Below are positions 1-13,333 of a DNA stretch of 64,000 nt, one piece after another. This DNA comes from Eledone cirrhosa (lineage: Eukaryota). Below the pieces are notes generated by a model. That model did not search any database. It was not told the origin of the DNA and saw nothing but the letters and a program-made list of their open reading frames with translations. Within the stretch, counting starts at the first letter, position 1, and the number at the start of each line of letters is the position of its first letter. The stretch spans positions 16,988,001 through 17,052,000 of the forward strand of contig OZ024744.1 of assembly GCA_964016885.1 (NCBI GenBank), in the 5' to 3' direction. Position numbers and translations under genes: made by a program.

Positions 1-2832
1 TTGTCCTTGATCCCTACATTACCACAGAGAGGACGGACTCTGGTGTCCTAGGTCCTCATGTTACAATAGAGGAGAAGACCTGGTGTTCTTGGTCCTCACA
101 TTACCACAGAGAAGATAAACTCTGGTGTCCTTGGTCCTCATTTTACCACAGAGGAGAGGACCTCTGGTGTCCTTGCTGCCCACATTACCACAGAGAAAAA
201 GACCTCTGGTGTCCTTGGTCCCTACATTACCTCAGTGAATACGAACTCTGGTGTCCTTGGTCGTCACATGACCACAGAGAAGAAGAAGACCTCTGGTGTC
301 TTTGGTCCCCACATTACCACATAGGAGAAGAAGACTTCTGGTGTCCTTGGTCCTCACATTACCACAGAGGAGAAGAAGACCTCTGGTGTCCTTGGTCCCC
401 ACATTCCCACATAGGAGAAGAAGACCTCTGGTGTGATTGGTCCCCGCATTACCACATAGGAGAAGATCTCTTGTTTCCTTGGTCCCCACATTACCACAGA
501 GGAGAAGGAGTCCTCTAGTGTGGTTGGTCCCCATATTACACACAAAGTAGAAGACATCTGGTGTCCTCCTTGGTCCCCACATTACGATAGAGGAGAGGAC
601 CTCTGGTAGCCTTGGTCGCCTCATAACCAAATAGAAGAGGAGACGACTTCTGGTGTCCTTTCTACTCACATCACCACAGATGAGAAGAAGTCTTGTGTCC
701 TTGGTCCACATATTACCACCGAGGAGAAGACCTGGTGTCCTTGGCCCTCACATTACCACAGAGTAGAAGAACTCTTGTGTCCTCATATTACCACAGATAA
801 AAAGAAGTCTTTTGGTGTCCTTGTTCCCCATATTACCACAGAGGAGAAGGCCTCTGGTGTCCTTGGTCCCTACATTACCACAGAGGAGAACACAACTGGT
901 GTATTTCGTCCCCACATTAGCACAGAGGGGAAGACCTCTGGTGTCCTTGGTCCCCACATTTCCACAGAAGAGAAGACCTCTAGCGTCCTTCGTCCCCATA
1001 TACCACAGAGGAGAGCAAGAATACTGGTGTCCTTGGTCCCCACATTACCACAGAGGAGTTTGGTCCTTACATTGCCACAGAGGAAAAGACATTTGGTGTC
1101 TTTCGTCCCCACATTTGCACAGAGGGGAAGACCTCTATTGTCCTTGATCCCTACATTACCACAGAGAGGACGAACTCTGGTGTCCTAGGTCCTCATGTTA
1201 CAATAGAAGAGAATCCTGGTGTTCTTGGTCCTCACATTACCACAGAGAAGACAAACTCTGGTGTCCTTGGTCCTCATTTTACCACAGAGGAGAGGACCTC
1301 TGGAGTCCTTGCTGCCCACATTACCACAGAGAAAAAGACCTCTGGTGTCCTTGGTCCCTACATTACGTCAGTGAATACGAACTCTGGTGTCCTTGGTCCT
1401 CACATGACCACATAGGAGAAGAAGACCTCTGGTGTCCTTGGTCCCTACATTACCACATAGGAGAAGAAGACCTTTGGTGTCCTTGGTCCCCACATTACCA
1501 CAGAAGAGAAGAAGACCTCTGGTGTCCTTGGGCCCCACATTACGACAGAGGAGAAGAAGACCTCTGGTGTGATTGGTCCCCATATTACACAAAGTAGAAG
1601 ACATCTGGTGTCCTTGGTCTCCACATAACCACAGAGAAGAGGAGACGACTTCTGGTGTCCTTTCTACTCACATTACCACAGAGGAGAAGAAGTCTTGTGT
1701 GCTTGGCCCTCACTTTACCACAGAGAAGAAGATCTCTGGTGTCCTTGGACCCCATATTACCACAGAGGAGAGGAAAACTTCTGGTGTCCTTGTTCCCCAT
1801 ATTACCACAGAGAAGAGGAAGTCTGGTGTCTTTGGTCCTTACATTACCCCAGAGGAAAAGACATCTGGTGTCTTTCGTCCCCGCATTAGCACCGAGGGGT
1901 AGACCTCTGGAGTCCTTGGTTCCCACATTACCACAGATTAGAGGACCTCTGGTGTCCTTGGTTCCCACATTACCACAGAGAAAACCCCTGGTGCCCTTGG
2001 TCCCCACATTTCCACAGAGGAGAATAACTCTTGTGTCCTTGGTCTCTACATTACCACAGAGGAGAAGACCTATGGTGTCCTTGGTCTCCACGTTACCACA
2101 GAGGAGAGGACCTCTGGTGTCCTTGGTCCCCACATTACCAAAGATGAGAGGAAGAACTCTGGTGTCCTAGGTCCACACATTACCACAGAGAAGAATACCT
2201 CTAGCGTCCTTGGTCCCCATATACCACAGAGGAGAGGACCTCTGGTGTCCTTGGTCCCCACATTACCACAGAGGAGAGGAACTCTGGGGTCCTTGGTCCC
2301 CACATTACCACAGAGGAGAGGACCTCTGGTGTCCTTGGTCCCCACATTACCACAGAGGAGAGGACCTCTGGGGTCCTTGATCCTCAATTTATCACAGAGG
2401 GGGAGAACACCTCTGGTGTCCTTGGTCACCACATTACGACAGAGAAGAGGACCTCTGGTGTCCTTGGTCACCACATTACCAAAGAGGAGAAGACCTATGG
2501 TGTCGTTGGTCTCCATATTACCACAGAGGAGAAGATCTCTTGTGACCTTGGTCCCGATATTACCACAGAGAAGACATCTGGTGTCATTGGACGTCACATT
2601 ACCACGGAGGAGACGACCTATGGTGTCCTTGGTCCCCACATTACCAGAGAGGAGAAGAGATCTGCAGTCCTTTGTTCCCACATTACCACAGAAGGGAGGA
2701 AGACCTCTGGTATCCTAGGTCCCCATATTTCCACAGAAGAGAGGACCCCTGCTGTCCTTGGTCTCCATCTTTCCACAGATGAGCAGACCTCTGGTGTCCT
2801 TGGTCCCCATATTACCACAGAGAATAGGAGGA
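1..2832. repeat. Minisatellite, mostly 39/42-bp unit (consensus ~GACCTCTGGTGTCCTTGGTCCCCACATTACCACAGAGGAGA(AGA)), with a ~1137-bp higher-order duplication
   Basis: The unit repeats throughout; variant units starting at position 1 recur in the same order from 1138. The overlapping ORFs are translations of the unit. Confidence 0.95.
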
Positions 2833-3100
2833 CTTTTGGTGTCCTTTGTTGGTAGTGTTGGCTGTTGTGTTGGTGGTGGGGGTGGGGGTGGTGGTGATGG
2901 TGGTTTTAGCTGTGTTGGTGGTCGTGGCCATGTTGGTGGTATTGCTTGTCGTGGAGGTGGTCGTGGTCGTGATGCGGTTAGTGTTGGTTGTGTTGGTGGT
3001 GGTGGCGGTGGTGGTGTAGGTGGTGAAGGTGGTGGTGGAGGCGGTGTTGATGGTGGTGTGTGCAGTGATGGAAAATATACGGAATGGTGGTGGTTTTGGT
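2833..3100. repeat. Degenerate (GGT/GTT)n low-complexity tract
   Basis: GGT-rich sequence; reads as poly-Gly on + and poly-Thr on -. Confidence 0.85.
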
Positions 3101-3279
3101 GACGGAACCTCTAGTGTCATATTTTTTACGTCGGTGACAGCGGTGGAGCTGGTAGTGGTGGGCATGTGGATAATAATGATATTACGTAATCGGTATTTAT
3201 AGGAAAACGAGTACAATTTATACTGACATGTACCCACCTCTACTCACATGCATACGTACACCGGAACACATGTCGCTAT

Positions 3280-4340
<1,061 letters not shown>

Positions 4341-4519
4341 ACTTTGAAATTTCATTCAGGTATGTAGATGGATATATATTATGCATACAGGTGTGTGTAG
4401 TTAAAAGTAGTTTGAACAAAATCAAAAAAAGTTATTTAAAAAAATATCGCTACACGTGTGGAAATGCCTAGAGGCGTATGTATATATGTATGTATCTCTT
4501 TCTCTTAATTTCGAGTATA

Positions 4520-5042
4520 TTTTTTTGACCGGCCACCTTCCTGGTGGCAAGGTTGTAAAAGAAAAGAAATTGTCATCCCTTGAATCGCAAGAATGTTTTT
4601 CAAATTTTGAAGGTGCCAGCTATCGCAGCCAATTGTAGACTATGAATTAGGGAGCTGCGCTTTTTGTCCGCAAATCCAAGTTCAGTCATACTTTGGTCTA
4701 AGCGGGTTGGTATATAACCCGTAGCTCCAATAATGATGGGTATGAAGCTAAAGGTGTATCTTGGATACTGGATTTGTAAACTCCTCATCAATGGTCCGTA
4801 GATGTTCTCCTTCTCCTGTATTTTTCCGACAACGTTTACATCAAGTGGGCAGCTGATCTCCACAACAGAACACGTTTTCAATGTGTGGTCCCAAACAACA
4901 ATATTAGGCCGGTTGTGCTTTAATTTGGTGGCAGTTTTTATTTTCAGGTTTCACCAGTATTCCTTAGTGCCATCTGTCTCAATATATTCCAGTTTATTTA
5001 TGTTTATTGTTTCTGTGATTTGTCTAAACATTGCGTCTTTTC
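4520..5042 (-). mobile_element. 3' fragment of an RLE-type (R2/R4-group) non-LTR retrotransposon
   Basis: Minus-strand translation KHNRPNIVVWD..CSVVEISCP..EKENIY..PIIIGATG is a restriction-like endonuclease domain; 3' stem-loop GCCACC-AGGAA-GGTGGC at 4532-4548. Confidence 0.8.
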
Positions 5043-5585
5043 CTATTTAATTTTGGTTGGAGTTCATTTATGTTTATTGCCTCTGTGATTTGTCTAAACA
5101 TTGCGTCTTTTCTGTGTATAAGACGCAATGTTTAGACAAATCACAGAGGCAATAAACATAAATGAACTCCAACCAAAATTAAATAGAAAACATGAATGGA
5201 ATAGCAACATCACAACTTACAATTAAGGACAAAATGAAAACACACACACACATAGAACAAACAACCAACCTGTAACATGTAAATAAAAAAATAAATAAAC
5301 AAATAAAAACACACACAGACACCCGGATGTAACACATGCGCAAACTAAGCACACAACTCACACAAAAACAAGATGGCGTAGGACAGAACAAAGGAGAGGC
5401 ATAAAACAAAGAAAAGAATCCCCAGTCACTGAAGAGGTCACAGAATGTGTGACGAAAGAACTTTGACAATATATGAACAACCGTCCGGTTGTGGAACCAA
5501 CCAACCAACCATAAATTTATAATAAATTGGAGTGAAAGCACTGGTGCGTGTGTTTCTTATTGGCAACATGACCCTCCCAAAGTAT

Positions 5586-5641
<56 letters not shown>

Positions 5642-5752
5642 GTGTGTTTGTGTGTGTGTATGTAATATATATATATATGTATACATATATATGTATATAT
5701 TTACTCCCTTCTCACACTACTCTTACATGTATCTGTTCTCGCCTTATCCGTA

Positions 5753-5789
5753 CTTTTCTGATGAAGGACTTCTGTCGGAAACGTTGAAA
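5753..5789 (+). ncRNA. Minimal type I hammerhead ribozyme motif (Penelope pLTR type)
   Basis: TTTT-CTGATGA-AGGAC TTCT GTCG-GAAA-CG-TT-GAAA; palindromic stem III ACGT; one stem II mismatch. Confidence 0.7.
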
Positions 5790-5868
5790 CCTCCTCCACA
5801 TCCACGAAGCGTGAAACTAATATATCTGTAAAAGTACCTCCTGTGTTTTGTTTATTTCATTTGTTAAC

Positions 5869-5906
<38 letters not shown>

Positions 5907-6229
5907 CGTGTGTGTGTGTGTCTATCCAAATGATTTTGGTCAATTCCAGTTTCAGATTTCCTTTTTCTCATGATTGTACGAATTGAGCAATACGTGGCAC
6001 TCTTGTTCCTATTTCATTTTCGTAATCATCATCATAATAATAACGTTATTCTATCGACCCGTAACTCCTAATAGAGTTGTAGGGACGCCGTAATGGCATA
6101 CAGCGTTTCTTGGGCATTTTAAGCCTGGAAGACCCCATCTCGTCTATAGACTTGAGAACAGCAGATTTGTTCCAGAGAAAGATAGAAAGTGGGAGAGAGA
6201 GAGAAAAGGAGAAAGAGATATGGAGGAAG

Positions 6230-6390
6230 AATCGACCCCAGTAGTAGACTGGTACTTTGTTATATCGACCTCGAAAGGACGAAAGGTAAAGTTGACCTCG
6301 ACAGGATTTGAACTGAGAATGTAGAGAGCTCGAACGAATACCATAAAGTATTTTATCTGATGTTCTAACGACTCTGATAATTCGCCGCCT
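6230..6390 (-). mobile_element. Diverged tRNA-derived Nin-domain SINE
   Basis: Clearly similar to the copies at 6464, 33561 and 42754 (GTACTTT..ATCGACC.CG.AAGGA.GAAAGG.AAAGTT.ACCTCG..GGATTTGAACT on +). Confidence 0.75.
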
Positions 6391-6463
6391 TCTTACGTTG
6401 TTATAGGCAAGTAAATAATACATCGTGGTAATGATTTTTTCCATATTTGTCAAGTGAAATAAT

Positions 6464-6639
6464 TGTTTCTACTTTTTGGCACAAGGCCAGCAATTACCCA
6501 GTGTACTACTGGTACTTTATTTTATCGACCCCGTAAGGATGAAAGGCAAAGTTAACCTCGGCGGGATTTGAACTCAGAATGGCAAGGGCCGTAACTCTAT
6601 GCGTCAAAGCATGGTGTCCGACCCTCTACCGATACTGGC
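6464..6639 (-). mobile_element. tRNA-derived Nin/Deu-domain SINE
   Basis: B box GAGTTCAAATCC and core GCCTTTCATCCTTACGGGGTCGATAAAATAAAGTACCAG on -; flanked by AAATAAT on both sides (candidate TSD). Confidence 0.85.
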
Positions 6640-6819
6640 AAATAATATTCTAGTTGTAAACTTAAACACTAAGGACAAACTTAAAAGGCATGAATACTGA
6701 TCGAAGATATTAGAAGTTCGAACATACAGAAAACAAATAAAGAAAAAAAAAGAAGAAGAAAAAGTCAACGCCTTTTAGGAAAGATGGGGAATTGATCTTG
6801 ATCCATATGCATTTTCCAG

Positions 6820-6994
6820 ATTAAGTGAAACAACCTGACTATAATTCTTAGCGTGCTAAATGCAGTTCCAACATAGGAGGCCATGCTCGAAGCCGCCTGC
6901 GAACAAACAATGAAAAATGGGCTTTCTGAACTGGTGTTCATGTCTCCTTTCAGTGCAGGCAACCTGGGTATCGTGCAACCACTCTATAACAAAG
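6820..6994 (+). other. Candidate host exon (5' UTR plus start codon at 6883)
   Basis: Acceptor ATTTTCCAG| at 6819, donor AAAG|GTAAGT at 6995, GGCCATG start; non-repetitive island. Peptide not recognised. Confidence 0.3.
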
Positions 6995-7019
6995 GTAAGT
7001 CGTTACAAACCGAAACAAC

Positions 7020-7510
7020 ACATACACACACAGACACTCACACACAGACACACAGACACACATACACTCACACACAGACACACAGACAGACACACACACA
7101 CACACACTCACACGCAGACACTCAGACACACACACACACACACTGACACACACACACATACACAGACACTCAGACACAGACACACAGACACACACACACT
7201 CACACACACACACCGACACACAGACAGACACACACACATACACACACACACACTCACACACAGACAAACATACACATGCAATCAGACACACAGACACACA
7301 CACACACACACAGACAGACACATACACTCAGACACACACAGACAGACAGACACACACACACAGACATACACATACACTCAGACACACACACACAGACACA
7401 TAGACAGACACACTTACCTGTATTAATGCACATGTATGGAAGCATACATAGACACATCGATTGCAAAGATAACTTGCTTTCTTCTTGTTCAGTCTATTCC
7501 GCCCCTAACA

Positions 7511-7558
<48 letters not shown>

Positions 7559-8150
7559 TACATACATACACACACTCTCTCTCTCACATACTCTCTCTCT
7601 CTCTCACACATACACTCTCTCTCTCACACACACACACTCTCTCTCTCACTCTCTCTCTCTCACACACTCTCTCTCTCTCATTTACTCTCTCTCTCTCATA
7701 CATACTCTCTCCTCCTCTGTCACCTCCTCCCTCTCTGCCACCCATCCTCTCTGTCACCCCATCCCCCTCTTCCACCGCCACCCCCTCTACCGCCCCATCC
7801 CATGTGTCACCGCTCCCCTCTGTCTCCTGTCCCCATTTGTCACCCCTCCCTCCCTGTCACCCCTCTCCCTCTGTCACCTGTCCCCATCTGTCACCCCTTC
7901 CTCTCAACACCCCTCTCTCTCTGTCACACCTCCCTCTCTTTCACTCCCCCCCTATTTGAAACCTCATCCCCCCTCTTTCACCCTTCCCCTCTATCACCCC
8001 TACCCCTCTGTCACTTCATCCCCCTCTATCACCCCTCCATTTATATCACCCCTCCCTCTCTGTCACCCACCCCCTATGTCACCCCTCCCTCTCTTTCACC
8101 CACCCCCTATGTCACCCCTCCCTCTCTGTCACCCCCCTCTCTCTCTGTGG
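7020..8150. repeat. (CA/CAGA)n, (CT)n and degenerate C-rich TGTCACCCC repeats
   Basis: Direct reading. Confidence 0.9.
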
Positions 8151-8239
8151 CTACAAACAAAGGAAGAGAGCAATAAACATATAATCACAATATTTATATT
8201 GACAGTTTCACTTTATTCAAAAGCAAACATTAAAAAACT

Positions 8240-9120
8240 TATTTAGTAATAAAAAAAAAGGGGGGAAACAAAAGGAAAGAAAGAATAGGGAAATATAGAA
8301 AAAAAGAGAGAAAGAAAGAAGGAAAAGAAGGGGAAAGGGAGGGAACGGTAAGAGCTCTGGTGTCGCAGAAGAGAGGGAGGTGATGCGGAGGGTGATAAGG
8401 CTTAGGGCCTAGGGCAAGGAGGCAGGAGTGCTGTGCTCCGCGGACAAGACTGCAAAAGCAATACCCTCATAAAATGACTACCGACACCAACTGCAACAGC
8501 CACCCTTCGCGGGGTTCCTTCCTCAGACGGGCCGTCGACACCCCGATCTTACAGAGGAGCTCGGCAATACGGGGTCCAAGTACGCCTGAGGTCTCGACGG
8601 TGACCCGTGCGAAGAGGAAGTGGCCGGTCAAACCCCGGTATTTGTTTATTTTACGTTCTTCTACGAGGTGGGCTGCGATGCCAGGGTTTGTGGCCGTAGC
8701 GACTAAGTTGGAGGTGGAGAACGTGTCGCAACAGGTGACGTCACAGATGAGCTATCTACCACCTTCGAATGGCAAGAGGGTGATTCTATCGGGGCGCTTG
8801 CCATCTCCACGGTCTAGGCTTGTTGGCTCCAGTCTTCTTCTCAATATATCATTGAGAGCGGCATGTCGGGGGAACCGGGCTGTGCTCTGGCGGCAAGACA
8901 GTGGGTGCAAGCCGAACTTGTCAACAACCGCCCCGCAACGGCATTTATGTGGCTCACACATGCGGGGGCCAAGGTGTTGGGCTACTCCGATGCGAGTGCA
9001 CTCATCATCAAGAAGGGTACCGGTTGATGAGGAGGGCACAATTGAGGCACGCGCCACTGTTGAGCTGATAAGTGAAGCGGAGGCAGGCGGGGTGGTATTG
9101 GTCCAAGCCGGACTAGATCT
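8240..9120 (-). mobile_element. 3' fragment of a CRE-like RLE non-LTR retrotransposon
   Basis: ORF 8752-9057: zinc knuckle CRCGAVVDKFGLHPLSC, RH..LND, DGKRPD, then *LICDVTC (RLE); interrupted by stops. Confidence 0.8.
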
Positions 9121-9649
9121 GCCTGACAGAAGACCTGCAATTGATGTCGTCCCAGTTACGTTGGACCGCGGTATACTGGGGTATAGAGAATCCTTCGCCT
9201 GGCCAGTGAGTTTCTCAGCCTGACCTGGCCCCCGATATTCATCTCGGGGGCCAGGTCAGGCTGAGAAACTCGCTGACGAGAGCGCGACAAGAGGATATAG
9301 AGGATATAGAGGTAAAGATTGGTCCGAAACTGATCGGAGGCCGAGGTGACCGAACCTCACTGGAAGTGTCGCCTGTTGCCAGCCTGCGCTGTTGAAACTG
9401 ACATGGCTTCATATAGAAGTAAACAGGTATTTTCAACAATACACCGAAACACGTAATACTTTATATACATTATAAAACTCCTTTTTAAAAGGATTGACCC
9501 TCTCATTTTTTTAATAATTTCACTTTGACGAATCAAAGAAAGGGAAAAAAAGAAAAACAGACCCTAAAATATATTTTCCGTGCTATTTCCAACTTCACCT
9601 TCTCTTTATAACCACTTTTTTTTTATAGAACCTTACTTCTCTTTTCTAT

Positions 9650-9682
<33 letters not shown>

Positions 9683-9942
9683 ATGTGTGTGCATGTGTGT
9701 CTATAAATATATATATAAATATATATATATATAAATATATATATATATATGTGTGTGTATACACACATCTATGTATGTGTATTTAGGGGCTCATGTGTAC
9801 GTGGGTATATGTGTATATTTTTGCGTGGTATACGCACGTGTGCGCGTGTTTATGCGTATGTTTGTGCATATGTATGTATAGCGTGCGTATTCGCGTATGC
9901 ACGTGTATGTACGGATATATGTGAGTGTATATATATATATAT

Positions 9943-10060
9943 ACTAGCAGAATGGCCCGGCGTTGCTCGGGATTCTAAACATAGATTGGCCTTTCTGAAA
10001 CAGTACAGAGAAGTACGGAATACCTCGGACTGGGGATGGTGTCTACATTTTGTGCTTAGG
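9943..10060 (-). mobile_element. Helitron 3' terminus
   Basis: Minus strand reads CCCGAGCAACGCCGGG (hairpin) then CCATTCTG-CTAG|T; near-identical end at 20320-20350, and shared internal sequence 9998-10055 / 20497-20556. Confidence 0.75.
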
Positions 10061-10301
10061 CAAATAATTTTCCATTAAGATTTTTCAAAAGCATTTAATT
10101 GCGTTCCCTCTCTTTTGTTGTTGTTGTTTTTGCTGCTGTTGGTGTGATAGCAGTCGTTGGTCGTACTACTAACACAGTCTCGTCCTTCTCCAGCCAGTCG
10201 TGTATATCCCCTTCTGGCTCATCTACCAGGGAACGTCTTCACGAACCATTTTCCATTTTCCTTCGGTTGTAACGTTTTTCGAAATACTTACTTCTGCGTT
10301 C

Positions 10302-10378
10302 ACAGATTGATTTTATTTAGTTTCAGAAGATCCCGTTAAGGGTGAAAGCAACGATTCTTTGCTTAAACTTTAATCTGT
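10302..10378 (+). ncRNA. Variant type I hammerhead ribozyme (core CAGAAGA)
   Basis: Stem I AGTTT/AAACT plus distal ACAGATTGA/TTAATCTGT; stem II CCC-GTTAA-GGG; GAAA; stem III GCAA/TTGC; cleavage triplet CUU. Confidence 0.65.
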
Positions 10379-10389
10379 TATTTTAATAC

Positions 10390-10770
10390 ATATTTGCTCT
10401 TTAGGGTTAATAGTATCAGATAGTGTAGGCGTAGGTGTATGACTAAGAGATACTGGTGAGGAGATAAGAGGGTTAACTGGAATAGAATTATAGTTCGAAT
10501 TATGAATATGCAGATGGTTGTTAGGTACATCAAATAGGCATGCCCTATGCTTATTCAATTTCTTATGGTTACTAAAGGCGATGTAATCGGTCAAGTTAGG
10601 GGTGGTAGAGAAATAAATCTTAACATTATTTTTGTTAAAACGTTTGTAGTATTTGTGGTCCGGAGGGAAATTGTTACGCAGGATGGAGAAGAACATTCTA
10701 GGGGGCAGGGTTAGAAGCGACATTAGGGAGGATTTAGCCAGGATACATTGCGCGATCAAAACCGCCTTAC
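10390..10770 (-). pseudogene. Degraded Naiad-type Penelope RT-thumb fragment
   Basis: FFSILRNNFPPDHKYYKRFNKNNVKIYFSTTPNL aligns with [34 protein letters not shown] of the 35164 ORF. Confidence 0.8.
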
Positions 10771-10786
10771 AATCTCTCTCTCTCTT

Positions 10787-10865
<79 letters not shown>

Positions 10866-10869
<4 letters not shown>

Positions 10870-12285
10870 TATAAAGCTCACAGCCGTACGTATGTAACAA
10901 ACTTTCCGCCAAGCGGCTGGACCAAACAGCACACAATTTGCACCATAGATGTAACTTTTTCCAAGTAAAAACGTGAGGGCATTTTTGTCTACGGAATTTT
11001 GTTAAAAGATTAAAGACATTATTTAAATATTCACTTCTTTAAAATTTCAAATGTCAACAATTCCGGTTATACGTCATTCCTCACTTTTTCTTATGATGTC
11101 GCACAATATTCCTCTCTTTTTCTTAGTCTGTCTTTTTAGATAGATACATAGCTATAACGTCGCGCACTTATAATATGTCTCTCTATGTCTGGCTGTCTGC
11201 ATTAGATAACTTTTTTCGAAATATTTACTTCTGCGTTCACAGACGGATTTTTTTTTGTTTCAGAAGATCTCGTTAAGGGTGAAAGCAGCGATTCTTTGCT
11301 TAAACTTTAATTTGTTATTTTAATATATATATACGTGTACAGATATTTTTGCATACACAAAAACAAAAACCTATTTATTTCATGAAAGCACAGACGGCTT
11401 ATCGTCATTGTTACTGTTCGAGGTTAGAGGACCACAGTCTTTCCATGATCTGAGAACCATCAATGGCCATCAATGTTCCACTTACCGTTTGGCTTGCAGA
11501 TGCGTGGTATGTTACACGATGACAGCCATAGGGACCTCCCCCTACAAGAAGCAGCATCTGCTAAAGTCCCTTCTCAGCTGCGAAAAGCTTTTGCTATTAT
11601 GCTGCACAACTGCGATCTCGCCGACCCTCTTGCACTGTGTAACAACCACCGTGAAAGTCTAGCTAAGGACATCCTCCACCGCACACACAGACACAATCCA
11701 AACGTAACATACGATGTCATTTTCAATGAGGCGCTCATTTGTCTTGAAAACAGTGTCCTGGAGATTGGTGGTAGGCCTCTAAGTCACTACAGCTTACCTG
11801 CTCCTGACAGGAGTGTTCAGAGGTCAACGTCTACAGAGCTTCTCTGCGAGACGAGCTACGAAATCAATGATTCTCCCATGGTCAATTGTATGTAGGATGT
11901 TCTAGGGTGAGCTCGCCAAACAATCTTTTCATCTTTGCTCCGGAGGGCCGAACAAAAAATATTGTATATCTGAGGCTCTAACAATGTAATTTAAATATTT
12001 TCTGTTACTTGGAATATCCATTATGGTTGTACAAATTATTATTTTTTTAAAAATTTGTTCTCTGTTCAGCCTTTATTATTGTAACTATCAATTTTCTTTA
12101 ACGTACTGGCTGCTGAAATGGGGAATCCTAAAAACTATTCAAACCCAAGATCAGAGCACGTTAACCCCACCCCCTCTCGTAACTTGAGAGGGCGTGCGGT
12201 ATCTTTGCACTGGAGTGTAGGGGGATTCCCGAAAAGATAAATTAACGGTATACCTAGCTGGGCGCCAGCCGGACGGGACAGTTAG
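10866..12285 (+). mobile_element. Non-autonomous Helitron with Rep/Hel remnants and a captured Penelope hammerhead (11239-11315)
   Basis: LLFEVRGPQSFHDLRTING (Helitron RepHel) at 11408, VGCSRVSSPNNLFIFAPEGRTKNIVY (PIF1-type C-terminus) near 11890-11970, 3' GC-rich hairpin region followed by TTAG|T. Confidence 0.85.
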
Positions 12286-12286
12286 T

Positions 12287-13045
12287 ATATTATAAAGCTG
12301 ACGGCCGTATGTAACAAACTTTTCGCAAACGGCTGGACCAAACAGCACCGAATTTGCACCATAGATTAACTTTTCCAAATAAGAAAGTGAGGGTATTTTT
12401 TCTACTAAATTTAGTTAAAAGATTAAAGATATTTTATCGTTTATTTAAATATTCACTTCTTTAAAAATTTCAAATGTCAACACTTCCGGTTATATGACAT
12501 TCCTCTATCTTTCTTAGTCTGTCTTTTTAGATAGATACTTAGCTATAAGGTCGCGCCCTTATAATATGTCTCTGTATGTCTGGCTATCTGCATTAGATAC
12601 ATAGCTATAACATTGCACTCTTATAACATATGTCTGTCTGGCTGCCTGTCTGCATTGACTTCGCTTCTAACCAACTTTTAATTAATAACGTTTTTCGAAA
12701 TATTTACTTCTGCGTTCAGAGATTAATTTTTTTAATTTCAGAAGATCACGTTAAGGGTGAAAGCAGCGATACTTTGCTTAAACTTTAATCTGTTATTTTA
12801 ATATATATATATAATTATATATTCGTGTACAGAAATGTTTGCATACACAAAAACAAAATATAAACAAACGTATTTATTTCACGAAAGCACAGAGAGCTTA
12901 TCCTCATTGTTACTGCCGATATGCCAACCAAAAACTCCCAGCCTGGCCGCAAGATCAGATTTTACAGAAGAAAAAATGTTACTAGAGTAACAGAGAGACT
13001 AAGCTTCGCGATTACCAACAACAAAGCTCAGGGTCAAACCATATC
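12287..13045 (+). mobile_element. Second tandem Helitron copy with captured hammerhead (12718-12793)
   Basis: 12287-12915 is homologous to 10866-11415; ends in RLSFAITNNKAQGQT, a PIF1 helicase motif. Confidence 0.8.
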
Positions 13046-13333
13046 TCTCAATAGATATTTCCACAAACTATGGTATATCCCAGCACTCACTAGATATTTC
13101 CACACACTGTGATATATCGTAGGTGTAAATAGATATTTCCACATCATGTTTCCACAATTTAATTATTTCTTGGAACAAATAAACTGTTATAATAACTCTA
13201 AAGATAATAAGATACTGTATAATATTTCTACTGTCATTGATATATAATGGTGCAAAGCATTTACAGGTGAAAAACATGTTCAGCTGTAAAACAATTACAG
13301 GTGTAGGGCAATTACGTGTGTAAGACAATTACA

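Larger units (their letters stand above)
9780..10390 (+). mobile_element. Naiad-type Penelope 3' UTR/pLTR fragment, interrupted by a Helitron 3' end
   Basis: 10230-10388 is homologous to the reverse complement of 33870-34050; contains the variant hammerhead at 10302-10378. Confidence 0.65.

Noticed and set aside
1-2832. CRISPR-like regular array
   Set aside because: Units are contiguous with no unique spacers, the context is eukaryotic, and there are no cas genes.
2812-3237. Thr-rich mucin-like ORF on -
   Set aside because: Arises from a GGT/GTT tract, runs into the stop-containing frame of the minisatellite, and has no signal peptide or clear splice support.
8474-9223. 249-aa plus-strand ORF
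   Set aside because: Antisense shadow of the GC-rich CRE-like element on -.
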